A stretch of DNA of 64,000 nt from Octopus vulgaris (GCA_951406725.2 OX597824.1:33356001-33420000); one strand, 5' to 3'. Numbered from the stretch's first letter, positions 1 to 13,329 are shown. The notes: generated by a model from the sequence alone, not told the origin. Numbers and translations: made by a program.

Positions 1-512
1 TTATTCAAGCAATCACGTAGAAGCTCTCTCTCAAGTGTTATGAATTTACGCTAGTTATGTCTCTACTAACAACCAATAGTTATGGAAAGATAATAAATTT
101 TAAGTGAACTGCGAATTGTATTACACAGACACTACTACAGTTAAAATACGTGCTATATTATATTAGATATCTTATGTACTGCATCGGCAATGCAGTAACT
201 CACACGTATGTCTTAATCCTAATATATTTCATGACAGTTTTATCAATATAGATATATGGCAAGGCTCTCACACTCTCAAGAGCTGGTTAGGAAAGATCTC
301 ATTTATTGCATATCAAATTAGTTGAACGCACTCACGCGCAAACACACACGCTAACATACACACACGCTAACACACACTCACACACAGACTAATATGCATA
401 TATATACACACACGCACACACACATACACACACACATACATATACACGCACAAACATACGTACATGCAGGCAAATAGATAGACAGACAGACAGACAGAAC
501 ATTTTTGACTAA

Positions 513-908
513 TTGATGCGAAACTTACAGCTCTTCGACTCTGACTACGAATTCTCATTTGCACCTATCATTATAGGTGTATCAAGTTATGTTACCAACG
601 GATTTGTACAAAAATCTAGAAATACTCCATTTCGAGGAGATGGAGCAAAAGAAACTCACGCCGATTCTCTAAATCCAATCTATTAGTGGCACAATGAAAA
701 TCTGTGAGACATTCCTAAAATTCTGCATTTGAGATTCCTATGTGAAGAGATGCACACACTTGGGTGCATGCATCGGCAGTTCTACCAACAGACCAATTCA
801 ACCACATATTTACAAACAACTGGAACTCTCTTAATTAAAAAAGTCTTGTCACTTTCTTAGCAACTGGTTTGAACTCTCTCAAGAACTTAAATAAAACTCA
901 AAGAAAAA

Positions 909-909
<1 letters not shown>
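513..909 (+). mobile_element. Decayed R4/Dong-clade non-LTR retrotransposon 3' end (RLE C-terminus + 3' UTR)
   Basis: Translates LMRNLQLFDSDYEFSFAPIIIGVSSYV from 513 and GTMKICETFLKF at 688-723, with stops/frameshift. Matches the xPIIIGALG...GTxKIxKxFL end of R4-type ORFs. Ends aaataaaactc then (CA)n/(CATA)n. Confidence 0.7.
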
Positions 910-969
<60 letters not shown>

Positions 970-1385
970 TACACAAACACACATACATACATACATACAT
1001 ACAAACATACGTACATACATACATATATACGCACATATACATACACATACTACGTAACACATACATACATACATACATACATACATACATACATACATAC
1101 ATACATACGTACATACATACATACATACATACACACACATATACCTACACACATATATGTATACATACATATATGCATACATGAATACATACATACATCT
1201 CTTCTCGCTCTTATCAAGCCTAGTCAGGCTCATGGGCCCGTCCGCTGCCTTAACCACTGGGCTATTGCGCCTCCACACACACAGACACACACACACACAC
1301 ATACATACATACATACATACATACATACATACATACATACATACATACATACATACATACATACATACATACAAATATACATACT
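910..1385. repeat. Compound (CA)n/(CATA)n microsatellite
   Basis: Direct reading; short unique insert at about 1198-1272. Confidence 0.95.
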
Positions 1386-1691
1386 GACAGACATATATAG
1401 GTATCTTTATAGTTATTGTAGCACTTCTGTAGATGCTGGCATGAATTCATAATCTCTGGGGCGATGTTTAATAAATAAAACAATTAGTGCCAAGGGATCC
1501 TAAAGTGTCTCCAAGACTGGGTTTGCAAAGGTTTTGGTCTCGTTACATATCTTCGTTTGAGCTTCAAAGCAATTTCTACAGCCTTCCTCAAATGAGACCC
1601 CGGGGAAGCCTGTTAAATATAACAAGGAAATCTTTAAATTATACCCTTCTATCGTAATAGAAAGAATACATTGGAAATCCTGGGAAACAAA

Positions 1692-1829
1692 AAGTAGCTT
1701 GTTCACCAACCACATGGTTCCGGGTTCAGTCCCACTGCGTGGTACCTTGGGCAATTGTCTTCTACTATAGCCTCAGGCCGACCAAAGCCTTGTGAGTGGA
1801 TTTGGTAGACGGAAACTGAAAGAAGCCCG

Positions 1830-1884
<55 letters not shown>

Positions 1885-2103
1885 TGTGCATGTTTGTGTG
1901 TCTGTGTTTGTCCCCCTAACATTGCTTGACAACCGATGCTGGTGTGTTTATGTCCCCGTTACTTAGCGGTTCGGCAAAGGAGACCGATAGAATAAGTACT
2001 GGGCTTACAAAAGAATAAGTCCCGGGGTCGAGTTGCTCGATTAAAGGCGGTGCTCCAGCATGGCCGCAGTCAAATGACTGAAACAAGTAAAAGAGTAAAG
2101 AGT
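1692..2103 (+). mobile_element. SINE family A (tRNA-like head, internal TA/TG microsatellite, stem-loop + GAGTAAA tail), slightly 5'-truncated
   Basis: Near-identical to copies at 21339, 27771, 44790, 57718; box B-like ggttcagtcc; 3' hairpin cagtca-aa-tgactg. Confidence 0.9.
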
Positions 2104-2744
2104 AACTGGATCATCTTTGAATATATGCCTCTGCTAAATTAGGGCTGATTTGTCTCTAAAGTTGGCCTTGTACTTATCATTGAATGTGTTCTCTTGGTGC
2201 GCCTGGTTACGGATCCCATAAACAGGAACTCCATTCAACAACTATGTAGAGCAATCCTGTTCCTTTTTTCGTAACAATTCTTTAATTTTGGCACCAGACC
2301 AGCAACTATCAGGGGAGCGGGTGTATCGATAACACCGACCCTAGTACTTGGCTGATCCTTTTTTTTTATCGACTCCGAAAGGATGAGAAACAAAGTTGAC
2401 CACGGTGGGATTTGAGCTCAGCACGTAAAGAACCGGAAGAAATGCCGCTAGGCTTTTCGTCTGGCTTTTTCGTAAGAATGAAATGGCCAGATCAACAGAA
2501 TTGTCTTGTATGCTTCGTGTATTAGTAACAGAATCTTCTGGTTTTACAGCTGCACAAGACTGGTATGAAATTAAAATGCTTTCACTTTGCTGGAGAGACG
2601 TACATATCTGAGGTGTAAAACTCCATTGTAAACTACACGGCAAACTTTACGTCTTCTGTTTCTGACACGTTTTGCAAGAAATGCTACAGCTGTTGTGTCT
2701 GATTCTGACGAAGCATAATTTGGTACGGGAGGTAGAAAGACTTC

Positions 2745-2905
2745 TGTTTAGCTAAAACTGGTTCTCAGACGGAATAATTTCGAGAGTGATGATGAGTTAA
2801 TGGCTAGTTGGGTATAAGTGGTTTTTCTGGTGATTATAAGGACAAAATGATTAGAAAAACAAAGCCTCCATAATGAGTGTTTGGGCGTTAACAGCAGATA
2901 TCACA
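2745..2905 (+). pseudogene. Highly decayed mariner transposase C-terminal relic
   Basis: ctcagacggaataatttcgagagtgatgatgagttaatggct = LRRNNFESDDELMA, resembling mariner LRGRxFxSDDEV; later CLGVNSRY resembles KCIxxxGDY. Confidence 0.4.
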
Positions 2906-2959
2906 TGTCAAATATAGATCCATATTGTCTGATTATATGCAACTAAACATCACTAAGAG

Positions 2960-2976
2960 AAAAGAAAAGAAAAGAA

Positions 2977-3048
<72 letters not shown>

Positions 3049-3050
3049 AA
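2960..3050. repeat. (AAAAG)n/(AAAG)n microsatellite
   Basis: Direct reading. Confidence 0.95.
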
Positions 3051-3516
3051 ATAAGGTTGAAGTCTACAATCTCGATTGATGCTAGTGGGTTACGGAAATA
3101 ATCAGTCAGAATAGTATTTGCCTTTTTTTAGATTGCATAGTCAAAAGATGACTGACAAAAATCTATGACATTTTCCAGGGGCTACAAGATTTATGGGGCC
3201 TGGAAAGAGAAGATTTTATCCTCAGATTAGTGACATGAGCTGAAAGCTTGCAACGCAGTGAACTGTGCTAAAGTTTCCCAAGGACCAAGTGGTTGTATTA
3301 CACCGAGTATTGGAATACGTGAACCATCCATCGAACATGATCGATCCCTCCTACGGGCTTCCATGCAGTTAATGTCTATTGAATTTCTTTTACGAAACAT
3401 TGGCCGAACCGAGGCTATGGTAGAAGATATTGTTTTCCCAAGGATACGCGTAGCGGGATGGAACTCAGAACGACATTGTTGTGAAGCAGCCTTCTGACTC
3501 AATCCCACAGCAATAC

Positions 3517-3749
3517 CTATTTCTTTACTACCCACAAGGGGCTAAACACAGAGGGGACGAACAAGGACAGACAAACGGATTAAGTCGATTACATGGACTC
3601 CAGTGCGTAACTGGTACTTAATTTATCGACCCCGAAAGGATGAAAGGAAAAGTCGACCTCGGCAGAATTTGAACTCAGAACGTAGCGGCATACGAAATAC
3701 GGTTACGCATTTCGCCCGGCGTGCTAACGTTTCTGCCAGCCCGCCGCCT
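3517..3749 (-). mobile_element. SINE family B (about 235 bp), full length, inserted in an old family A copy
   Basis: 14-bp TSD tcccacagcaatac at 3503-3516 and 3750-3763; central gcctttcatcctttcggggtcgataaa motif (Meta/MESC-like domain, from memory). Confidence 0.9.
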
Positions 3750-3978
3750 TCCCACAGCAATACATGAGCCCTAAGTATATATGCTAGCATTGGAAAACGG
3801 CTCTTAAATAAAAAAAATATGAAAGAAATCAACTGAGACGTGGTAATAATCATCCATTTATCGTAAACGTCTTGATGACGCTCAAAAGTTTTCTTTTTGT
3901 GTGTGTGGCTGTTAGCTCAGAAAGGAATTACTTTCTCTGAACTGTCAATACTTCTCTCATCTCATCATAAAACAGTCG

Positions 3979-4556
3979 TCGAGCTGGCAGAATCGTTAGC
4001 ACGCCGGGCGAAATGCTTAGCGGTATTTCGTCTGCGTTACGTTGTGAGTTCAAATTCCGCCGAGGTCGACTTTGCCTTTCATCCTTTCGGGGCCGATAAA
4101 TTAAGTACCAGTTACGCACTGGGGTCGATGTAATCGACTTAATACCTATGTCTGTCCTTGTCTGTCCCCTCTGTGTTTAGCCCCCTGTGGGTAATAAAGA
4201 AATAGGTATTTCGTCTGCCGTTACGTTCTGAGTTCAAATTCCGCCGAGGTTGATTTTACCTTTCATCCTTTCTGGGTTGATTAAATAAGTACCAGTTATG
4301 CACTGGAGTCGATATAATCGACTTAATCCGTTTGTCTGTCCTTGTTTGTCCTCTCTGTATTTAGACCCTTGTGGGTAGTAAAGAAATAGGTATTTCGCCG
4401 GTCGCTACGTTCTGAGTTCAAATTCCGCCGAGGTCGACTTTGCCTTTCATCCTTTGAAGGTCGATAAATTAAGTACCAGTTGCCTACTGGGGTCGATCTA
4501 ATCGACTACAACCCCCCATCCCAAAATTTCAGGCATTGTGCCTAGAGTAGAAAAGA
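3979..4556 (+). mobile_element. SINE B tandem trimer (one head, three bodies, last unit with older tail)
   Basis: Junctions aaagaaata|ggtatttcg near 4204 and 4388; last unit ends ccaaaatttcaggcattgtgcctagagtagaaaag. Confidence 0.9.
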
Positions 4557-6360
4557 TTAATGTAACTTAATAACTTTCAGGAGTTCACGAGTTTTTTTGT
4601 TTGTTTTTTCTTTAAAGACAATCTGTTCAGCGTCTTATTTGTCTGCATTAAATACTTTCTCTAAGTCGGCCAGCACGGAGTAACGCTTCTTGTTAGATAC
4701 AAGACATTCTTCTCCTCGTTAACAAGTATTAGCAGGTCATTTGACATTTGTTTGTTATTTCTAAACAGAGATAGTTGCAGCAGTACTTACTTAAAATGGC
4801 GGATCTGTTATTTAACTGAACTGCAGCGTATTGATTCCCTTCAACTATCGAATAAGAAGGCGAAGGCATTATTAAAGTTGTTATTGGCCTTGTATATTCT
4901 CTCTCGCGATTATTATTCAAAATCATTTTAGAGCAAGGCTACAAATATCTTCTTTTATAGAATTAACCAGTCAAATAAACAGTGAAGATCCATCGTCTTC
5001 AGAGATGTAACGATTTCTTGCATAAACATATAAGACCTGTAGCTTCAAATCTATATACGAATTATTATTGTTGGCATTAATCAATTCTTCTGTGTATTCA
5101 GGGAGACATAAAACTATTGCTCAAAGTATTTTCACTCGTTGGTATATATAACAATGCACCCGATTTTCCTTGATTATTTTATTGCTAGTTTAAACATTGA
5201 TTCAAAATATGAATAAAAATTTTGTACAGTTTGTTTTGTTCTTCATTTGATAGTCTGCATGGTTATTTGGATTTAGTTACGTAATTGAAAGAAGGGAAAA
5301 AAAACCCCTCTTCTTTTTGATTACTTTCTATAGATTTACATATTAGGAAAGCTATTCATAATACCATTCATATCAGAAAAAAAAATACTATTCATAATAC
5401 TCTTCTGTTTAAATACTCGTTTATATTTATAACGTCAACGGGGGGAAACAGATTCAATAAGTATAGTTGGTGATGAGACGTAAAATCACGGGCACGCTTC
5501 CAACATTTCCTTTTAAACTGACCACTAGTAGATAGGTATGTTTCTAGTGAGCTCTTTCATTGGATTCTTGCCCAAATAGATTTTCTTTTTGTTCAATATA
5601 ACAGCAATATGACAATTCATATTTACATGATTTCCTTTTTATTCCACAATTGCAATAACCCACAAGTGAAATTATAATAGTTGCCGTTTTATATGATACA
5701 GTTAGAAGCAACGAACCAGTCGTTGATAGGATTAGAACGTATCTTGATTCTGATTTTGGCAAATAATTTGCCAAAAAAAAAAGAAAAAAAAGAGAAAGAA
5801 AACTCTTTAATTAACAGTTTAAAAGATTGCTATCAAAAGATATTTGGTGACACGTGACCAGCTTTTATAGCTTTTGAAGTGATTAAAGAAACAAATCTAT
5901 ATTATGTGTGTAGTGATGACGACACATAAAAGACTACTTGTAAATAAAGTCTCGACCGTAGACGTATTTATCTATAATAGTTGGCCTCACACTCCACATT
6001 ACGTAGCAGCGTTGTAAAGAAGGACTCCAGTAAAGACATGTTTATATAATGCTATGCACCACATTCTGCGCTACGTAGTAGTAAAATGGGTGCTGGTATA
6101 CATGATGTAGTTAACCAAGAAAGTATAATTAATCGATATTTGCCCAAAGTGTAATTAATCAATATCATACCCTTAGTTATGAGAACAAACATTGTCTGAA
6201 TGATTAATTCTCTGTTTAAAATAAACAAACAAATAAATAAATAAATACATAAATAAATAAAAGCATAGGAGCGAACCCGATATTTTGATTTATTAAAATT
6301 AATTAAATATGGACTGCAGTGAGGAATGAGCGTGATCATTAGCAGTATAGTGACAATGTG

Positions 6361-6391
6361 GACATGTTTTGGTGTTACTAGAGCTCATCAG
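6361..6391 (-). ncRNA. Degenerate minimal hammerhead ribozyme relic
   Basis: Minus strand CTGATGA-gctctagtaacacc-AAAA-catg-TC; GAAA mutated to AAAA, stems I/II poor. Confidence 0.3.
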
Positions 6392-6845
6392 CGAAGTATA
6401 GTCTAACCGTCACTGCAGACTGAAAATGAAAAATGAGTGGAGTAAAGACTTATAAGGAAAATACTCAGGGACGGTTACTGCATGAAAACTGAATCGCAAA
6501 GTAGACACCAGCATACTTGATGTAGTAGGTGAAATTTTAATTAGTTTAACTTAGACACTTAGTAATGAAAATACATTACTTAAATGACTGATTCTGGTAA
6601 AAGGGTAGGAGTATAACTCCGAAATTTAATTAATTAAGATTTATTATTGATAAATTAAAATTTTCCATATTTGAACCGCTGTTGAAAGTGAGTATTTACC
6701 GACCGAACTGTAGAAGGTAGAACAAAATGCCGTGTATTCTTTAGTCACATTTCTTTACAACCTAGGATCAAAATCCGATAAGGTTATAGTTAACAATCAT
6801 AAAATAAAGTACCTCTAGTACTGAAGTGGCGGTCCTGTGTCTATT

Positions 6846-7081
6846 TTGTATTTCTTTACTACCCACAAGGGGCTAAACACAGAGGGGACAAACAAGGACA
6901 GACAAACGGATTAAGTCGATTACATCGATCCCAGTGCGAAACTGGTACTTTATTTATCGACCCCGAAAGGATGAAAGGCAAAGTCGACCTCGGCGGAATT
7001 TGAACTCAGAACGTAACGACAGACGAAATACCGCTAAGCACTTCGCCCGGCGCGCTAACGTTTCTGCCATCTCGCCGCCTT
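6846..7081 (-). mobile_element. SINE B full length flanked by a 76-bp direct repeat
   Basis: Direct repeat 6770-6845 / 7082-7157 with 3 mismatches. Confidence 0.9.
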
Positions 7082-7159
7082 AAAATCCGATAAGGTTATA
7101 GTTACCAATCATGAAATAAAGTACCTCTAGTACTGAAGTGGCGGGCCTGTGTCTATTAT

Positions 7160-7365
7160 TAGATGGCAGAATCGTTAACGCTTCCGGCAAAATGCCTAGC
7201 GGGTTTTTCTTTTATGGCTTATTAGGTTCTAAGTTCAAATTCCGTCGAGGTCAACTTTGCCTTCTCGTCCTTTCTCGGTCGATAAAATAAAGTACAAGTC
7301 GATGTAATTAACTTAAGAACCGCCCCCCGCCTCAAGATTGCTGGCCTTGTGTCAAAATTAGAGAA
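7160..7365 (+). mobile_element. Older SINE B' variant (alternative ggccttgtgtcaaaatt tail)
   Basis: Diverged head/body homologous to B. Similar B' copies at about 2285-2470(-), 15545-15765(-), 17195-17420(+), 31590-31785(-), 39238-39417(-), 50505-50625(-). Confidence 0.75.
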
Positions 7366-8095
7366 TAACTGGACAGCATTATTAATAAGGCTATCTGAGT
7401 TTTTCATATCTTGGAACCAGTAAATAAATAGTCGTTAATCAGCAGTGATGGTGGTGGGGGTCAATTCAATTCGATGTACCCTCTTTCAGAAATATGTGAC
7501 CTAGACCAAGGTTTCAAATCATTATTCATAATGAAATAAATAAGAAATCATTATTTATTAGTACAGCTACATACAATGCACGCTGAGACAACTGGAAATA
7601 GCTTGATAGTTATAGATTTATTTCAAGAAATGATAATACTGCTTCTGTATGCTGTATAAATCTTCACATCTAATACTAGTTAACGATTACATTGATTTTT
7701 TTCCCCCTTATAATAATATTCACTGCAGCATTTTGTTCGGTTACAGTCATAAATGAGTTTTCAACTATAATGATTCAATCGAAAGCTTTTACAGTCAGAC
7801 AATTTTTCAAAGTAATATCTTTAAAGTAGACACGATGCTAACAAAAATAAACAAATGCCTTATTTCTTTATCTGAAACAGTCAATGAATTATTCTACCTT
7901 CCCCTTTTATGTACGTTCACAATTTTATTTAAAAAGAGGAGTTGCACAACCAACAACCTTAAATGTAACACTTTAAGTTTTAATTTTTCTTTTAATACAC
8001 AGCTCTATCTGTTTTTATGTTATAAACATTATTCTATTTTGAAATTTTGTAAAAATATTTATTCAATAGGGTCTACACACACACACACACACACG

Positions 8096-8342
<247 letters not shown>

Positions 8343-8344
8343 CT

Positions 8345-8730
8345 CAGGCGTAACTGTGTGGTAAGAAGCTTCCTTCCCAACCACATGGTTCTGGGTTCAG
8401 TTCCACTGCATAGCACTTTGGGTAAGTGTCTTCTACTAGAGCCTCGGGAAAACCAAAGGCTTGTGAGTGAATTTGGTAGACAGAAACTGAAATAAGCCCG
8501 TCGTGTGTGTGTGTGCGGGGGGGGTGTATGTGTGTTCTTGTTTGTCCCTCCATCATCGCTTGCCAACCGGTGTTAGTGTGTTTACGTCTCCGTAACTTAG
8601 CAGTTCGGCAAAAGTGATCGTAGGCTTTAAAAAGAGTCATGGGCTCGATTTGGTTGTCTAGAACCCTTCAAGGCGGCACTCCAGCACGGCCGCAGTCTGA
8701 CAACTGAAATAAGTAAAGAATAAAAGAGTA
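8345..8730 (+). mobile_element. SINE family A, diverged
   Basis: Homology to family A head, body and tail. Confidence 0.85.
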
Positions 8731-8983
8731 TAAACTTACGGAGCAGACATACAAATATGACAAATTTAACTATTTCTATAGTAACTGAGAGGAAAAAAAA
8801 GTAAAAAGAAAAAAATAAGCGATAAACACCCTTCATCGAAATTTAGTAGGCTCTCATGACGTGGCCACATCACTTAACCAATTGAAAATAAACGGGTAGC
8901 CAGTCTCTTTATATACGCATCAAAACCAACAGCTTCAGAGAAGTGGTGCTACTAATTTGCATACAATAGGTGTTTAACACCTT

Positions 8984-9127
<144 letters not shown>

Positions 9128-9203
9128 ACGTATGTATGTATATATGTGTACACATATATGTATGCATAAATATATGCGTACGTGTGTGTGTGTGTGTGTG
9201 TAT

Positions 9204-9303
9204 TTCTTTTTACTTGTTTCAGTCATTTGACTTCTGCCATACTGGGGCACCACCTTTAGTCGAACAAATCGAGCCCAGGACTTACTCCTTCAAAGCCTAG
9301 AAC

Positions 9304-9363
<60 letters not shown>

Positions 9364-9527
9364 CAACGGGCTTCTTTCAGTTTCCGTCTACCAATTCCAC
9401 TTACAAGGCTTTGGTCGGCTCGAGGGTATAGTAGAAGACCCTTGCCTAAAGTGCCGCGCAGTGGGACTGAACCCAGAAGCATGTGGTTGTGAAATAAGCC
9501 TCTTACTACATAGCCACTTCTGCGCCT
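9204..9527 (-). mobile_element. SINE family A with internal deletion
   Basis: Tail 9204-9300, TA tract, head ending tgcgcct at 9527. Confidence 0.85.
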
Positions 9528-9651
9528 ATATATATATATATCAGCCGAAATTACTACGATGATCCGGTTCTTGACTGAAGACTGAGGGTTTCGAATGTCC
9601 TGTCCGTGTTTATTGTATCGTCTTCTTCTTGTCCATGTTGTATTTTTCTAC

Positions 9652-9738
<87 letters not shown>

Positions 9739-9741
9739 ATG

Positions 9742-9797
<56 letters not shown>

Positions 9798-9824
9798 GAC
9801 ATAAATACATATGTACGTATCTAT

Positions 9825-10030
9825 ATAGTTCATAATCCTTTATCCGAAATTATCGGTTTGGAAGCGTTTCGAATAAAGGATCTTTACGGAATTCAGAATG
9901 TTTGTGTATTTCCATGTATTAAGTGGTACAGCTTAAACACGGATCCCAAATTTAAGCATGTTATCCATTTTGCATTCCATAATACGTCTTACATATACAT
10001 AATATGAGGGTAATTTTATATAACGTTGAC
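9825..10030 (+). mobile_element. Tigger/pogo-type MITE end (Tigger4/MER46-like by recollection)
   Basis: tatagttcataatcctttatccgaaat... and gagggtaattttatataac resemble the Tigger4/MER46 terminus; no second TIR found. Confidence 0.5.
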
Positions 10031-10096
10031 AGTTCCCCAGTTCGCAAAACGTTAGTTTCATTTCGGTAACGTTTCACTTTTAACTAAACTAAATAG

Positions 10097-10478
10097 GTGG
10101 AGGCGCAATGGCCCAGTGGTTAGGGCAGCGGACTCGCGGTCGTAGGATCGCGGTTTCGATTCCCAGACCGGGCGTTGTGAGTGTTTATTGAGCGAAAACA
10201 CCTAAAGCTCCACGAGGCTCCGGCAGGGATGGTGGTGATCCCTGCTGTACTCTTTCACCACAACTTTCTCTCACTCTTACTTCCTGTTTCTGTTGTACCT
10301 GTATTTCAAAGGGCCGGCCTTGTCACTCTCTGTGTCACGCTGAATATCCCCGAGAACTACGTTAAGGGTACACGTGTCTGTGGAATGCTCAGCCACTTAC
10401 ACGTTAATTTCACGAGCAGGCTGTTCCGTTGATCGGATCAACCGGAACCCTCATCGTCGTAACCGACGGAGTGCTTCC
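10097..10478 (+). mobile_element. SINE family C (tRNA-Arg-like head, about 380 bp), young
   Basis: 11-bp TSD aaactaaatag at 10086-10096 and 10479-10489; A box tggcccagtggt, B box gtttcgattcc; near-identical to copies at 22950 and 35117. Confidence 0.93.
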
Positions 10479-10858
10479 AAACTAAATAGACGCACATACA
10501 CCCATACATTCATGCATATAAATATACATGCATACACACATCTATACCTGCATGCATGCACGCATACATACATACATACATATATACATACATACATACA
10601 TACAAGCATGCATACATAAATGCATACATGTATGCTTCAAGATATTAATACTTTTGTTATTTATGGTCCAATGCTGGAGTTTTTGGATCTTTGTTAGAAG
10701 CCAACTCCTGCCTTTAAGGAAGACTTCAGATAATTATAAATTAGAGGGAACATACATACAAACATGCATGCGAGGGTGCTCACGTATATGTGTGTGCATG
10801 TGTATGTGTATGCATGTGTGTGTGTGCATATACATATATATATATATATATATACACA

Positions 10859-10896
<38 letters not shown>

Positions 10897-10994
10897 TATA
10901 ATAATATGAGGGAATATTATTCAAAACTTACAGGGAAAAATTCAATCTAGAAATACTAAATCAAATTTCACAAAATATAATATATATATATATA

Positions 10995-11275
10995 TAAATT
11001 AGAAAAAAACCCCACCTTTTATCAATTCAATAATGAAAAATTAAATTATACCATCTAGAAAAATTACATATTTTAGAAAGATTAAATATAAGATAAAACA
11101 TATAATGATGATTAAGTAATGTGCAAAATAATAAATAAAACGTATTATTTTGCGCATTACTTAATCATCATTATATGTTTTATCTAATATTTAATCTTTC
11201 TAAAATATGTAATTTTTCTAGATGGTATAATTTAATATTTCATTATTGAATTGATAAAAGGTGGTTTGTTTTCTA

Positions 11276-11280
<5 letters not shown>
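10995..11280. repeat. AT-rich fold-back palindrome (arms about 138 bp, 9-nt spacer) between TA tracts
   Basis: 10995-11133 is the reverse complement of 11143-11280 with a few mismatches. Confidence 0.92.
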
Positions 11281-11334
<54 letters not shown>

Positions 11335-11337
<3 letters not shown>

Positions 11338-11735
11338 TATACTTGTTTCAGTTACTACACTACGGCCATACTGGGTCACGGCCTTGAAGAATTTTAGTCG
11401 AACTTATCAACCCCAGTACTTATTATTTTGTGTAAAGCCTGGCACTAATTCTACCGGTTTCTTTTGCAGAATCGTTAAGTTTTCAGGGACGAAAAAATAC
11501 CAACACCGGCTGTCAAGCAGTGATGGGGGACAAACATACACAAAGACACACACACATACATGTGACAAACGTCTTTCATTTTACGGGATTCTTTCACTTT
11601 CCGTCTACTAAATCCAGTCACAAGGATTTGGTCAGCCCGAGGCTATAGTAGAAAACACTTGCCCAAGGTGCCACGAAGTGGAACTAAACTTGGAACCATG
11701 TTGTTGGGAAGCAACTTCTTACCACACAACCACAG
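11335..11735 (-). mobile_element. SINE family A, diverged
   Basis: Reverse-complement homology to family A. Confidence 0.8.
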
Positions 11736-11782
<47 letters not shown>

Positions 11783-11990
11783 TGTATCCTTTTACTTGTT
11801 TCAGTCATTTGACTGCGGTCATGCTGGAGCACCTCCTTTAGTCGAAGAAATCGACCCCAGAGCTTATTCTTTGTAAATCTAATCACTGTCAGTAATAGTC
11901 TTCTGTAAGAATAATAAACTTGTACTCGACAGCGTACACATCATCAGTTTAATGTAAAATTGTTATTAATACAACTGAACATAAAAGCAA

Positions 11991-11993
<3 letters not shown>

Positions 11994-12081
<88 letters not shown>

Positions 12082-12103
12082 TAGATAGATAGATAGATGG
12101 ATG

Positions 12104-12140
<37 letters not shown>

Positions 12141-12192
12141 AGATAGACCGACAGACAGACATACATTTAGACAGACAGACAGACAGACAGAC

Positions 12193-12253
<61 letters not shown>
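11994..12253. repeat. Compound (TA)n(GA)n(GATA)n(GACA)n microsatellite
   Basis: Direct reading. Confidence 0.95.
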
Positions 12254-12254
<1 letters not shown>

Positions 12255-12951
12255 GTTAAGTCAATGTTTGCGTTTATGTTCAGTAGTATTAAAAACAGTG
12301 ACTTCGAAATTTGGGCCAGTTAAGAATAATGTATATATATATAGATTTAAGTTATATAGCTGTTATTAGCTCTATGAATGTACTGCAGTCACGTACAGAG
12401 AGTAATAAGATCAACGATAGAGAAAATTAGAAATTCTAGGCGCTGCTACTTCTTGCATTTTCTTTAATAATAAATAATGAATTTATTTCATAAAATAATC
12501 AACGACATGAGATTGTGGAATTGAGCTGTGAAATTAGATATAATGGTGCATTGGCTCTACCTTGCCAAATTCCCTACCTCTATCTTACATAAAATATAAT
12601 GATTTGTTACGTTGGCACGAAATCATAATATTTATATAGATGGTTTACATTTGATATAATCTATTCTACAATGATTGATAGCTATTTTATCGATCCTTGA
12701 CGGGATTTGAATCCAGGGAATGCTAACTAAATGTTGCCTTTCAGAAGGATTTCTTCTTATTCTTTAGTCTTTATTCCTTATTCTTTAGTTAATGGTTCAA
12801 CCACTGGATTGCAGTAATGGAGATGTTCTCACCTTCGAGGATTTAATCGACCAAATCAACCCCCAGCAGTAATTATATCTGTAATTATACCTAATTTATT
12901 GAAGACGTTCGTCCAATCGCTAAGTTGCACTTTGACACGACACGGTTGTAT

Positions 12952-13175
12952 AGCTGGCAGAAACGTTAGCACGCCGGGCGAAATGCGTAGCCGTATTTCG
13001 TCTGCCGTTACGTTCTGATTTCAAATTCCGCCGAGGTCGACTTTGCCTTTCATCCTTTTGGGGTCGATAAATTAAGTACCACTTACGCACTGGGGTCGAT
13101 ATAATCGACTTAATCCGTTTGCCTGTCCTTGTTTGTCCTCTCTGTGTTTGGCCCCTTGTGGGTAGTAAAGAAATA
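12952..13175 (+). mobile_element. SINE family B
   Basis: Homology to B consensus; tail gggtagtaaagaaatag. Confidence 0.9.
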
Positions 13176-13207
13176 GATATGTTGTGCACGCGCACGCGCA
13201 CGCACAT

Positions 13208-13277
<70 letters not shown>

Positions 13278-13329
13278 TATACGCAAACAAGAATGTAGGG
13301 TAACAGTCAAAAGTGTACGATCGCGAATA

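Noticed and set aside
3979-4556. Repeat arrays as CRISPR or as hammerhead retrozyme
   Set aside because: No unique spacers or cas genes, eukaryotic context, and no CUGANGA core in the B unit on either strand.
10181-10432. 83-aa ORF repeated at 35168-35419 and partly at 23001-23204
   Set aside because: Lies inside SINE C; conservation reflects recent copying, not coding selection.
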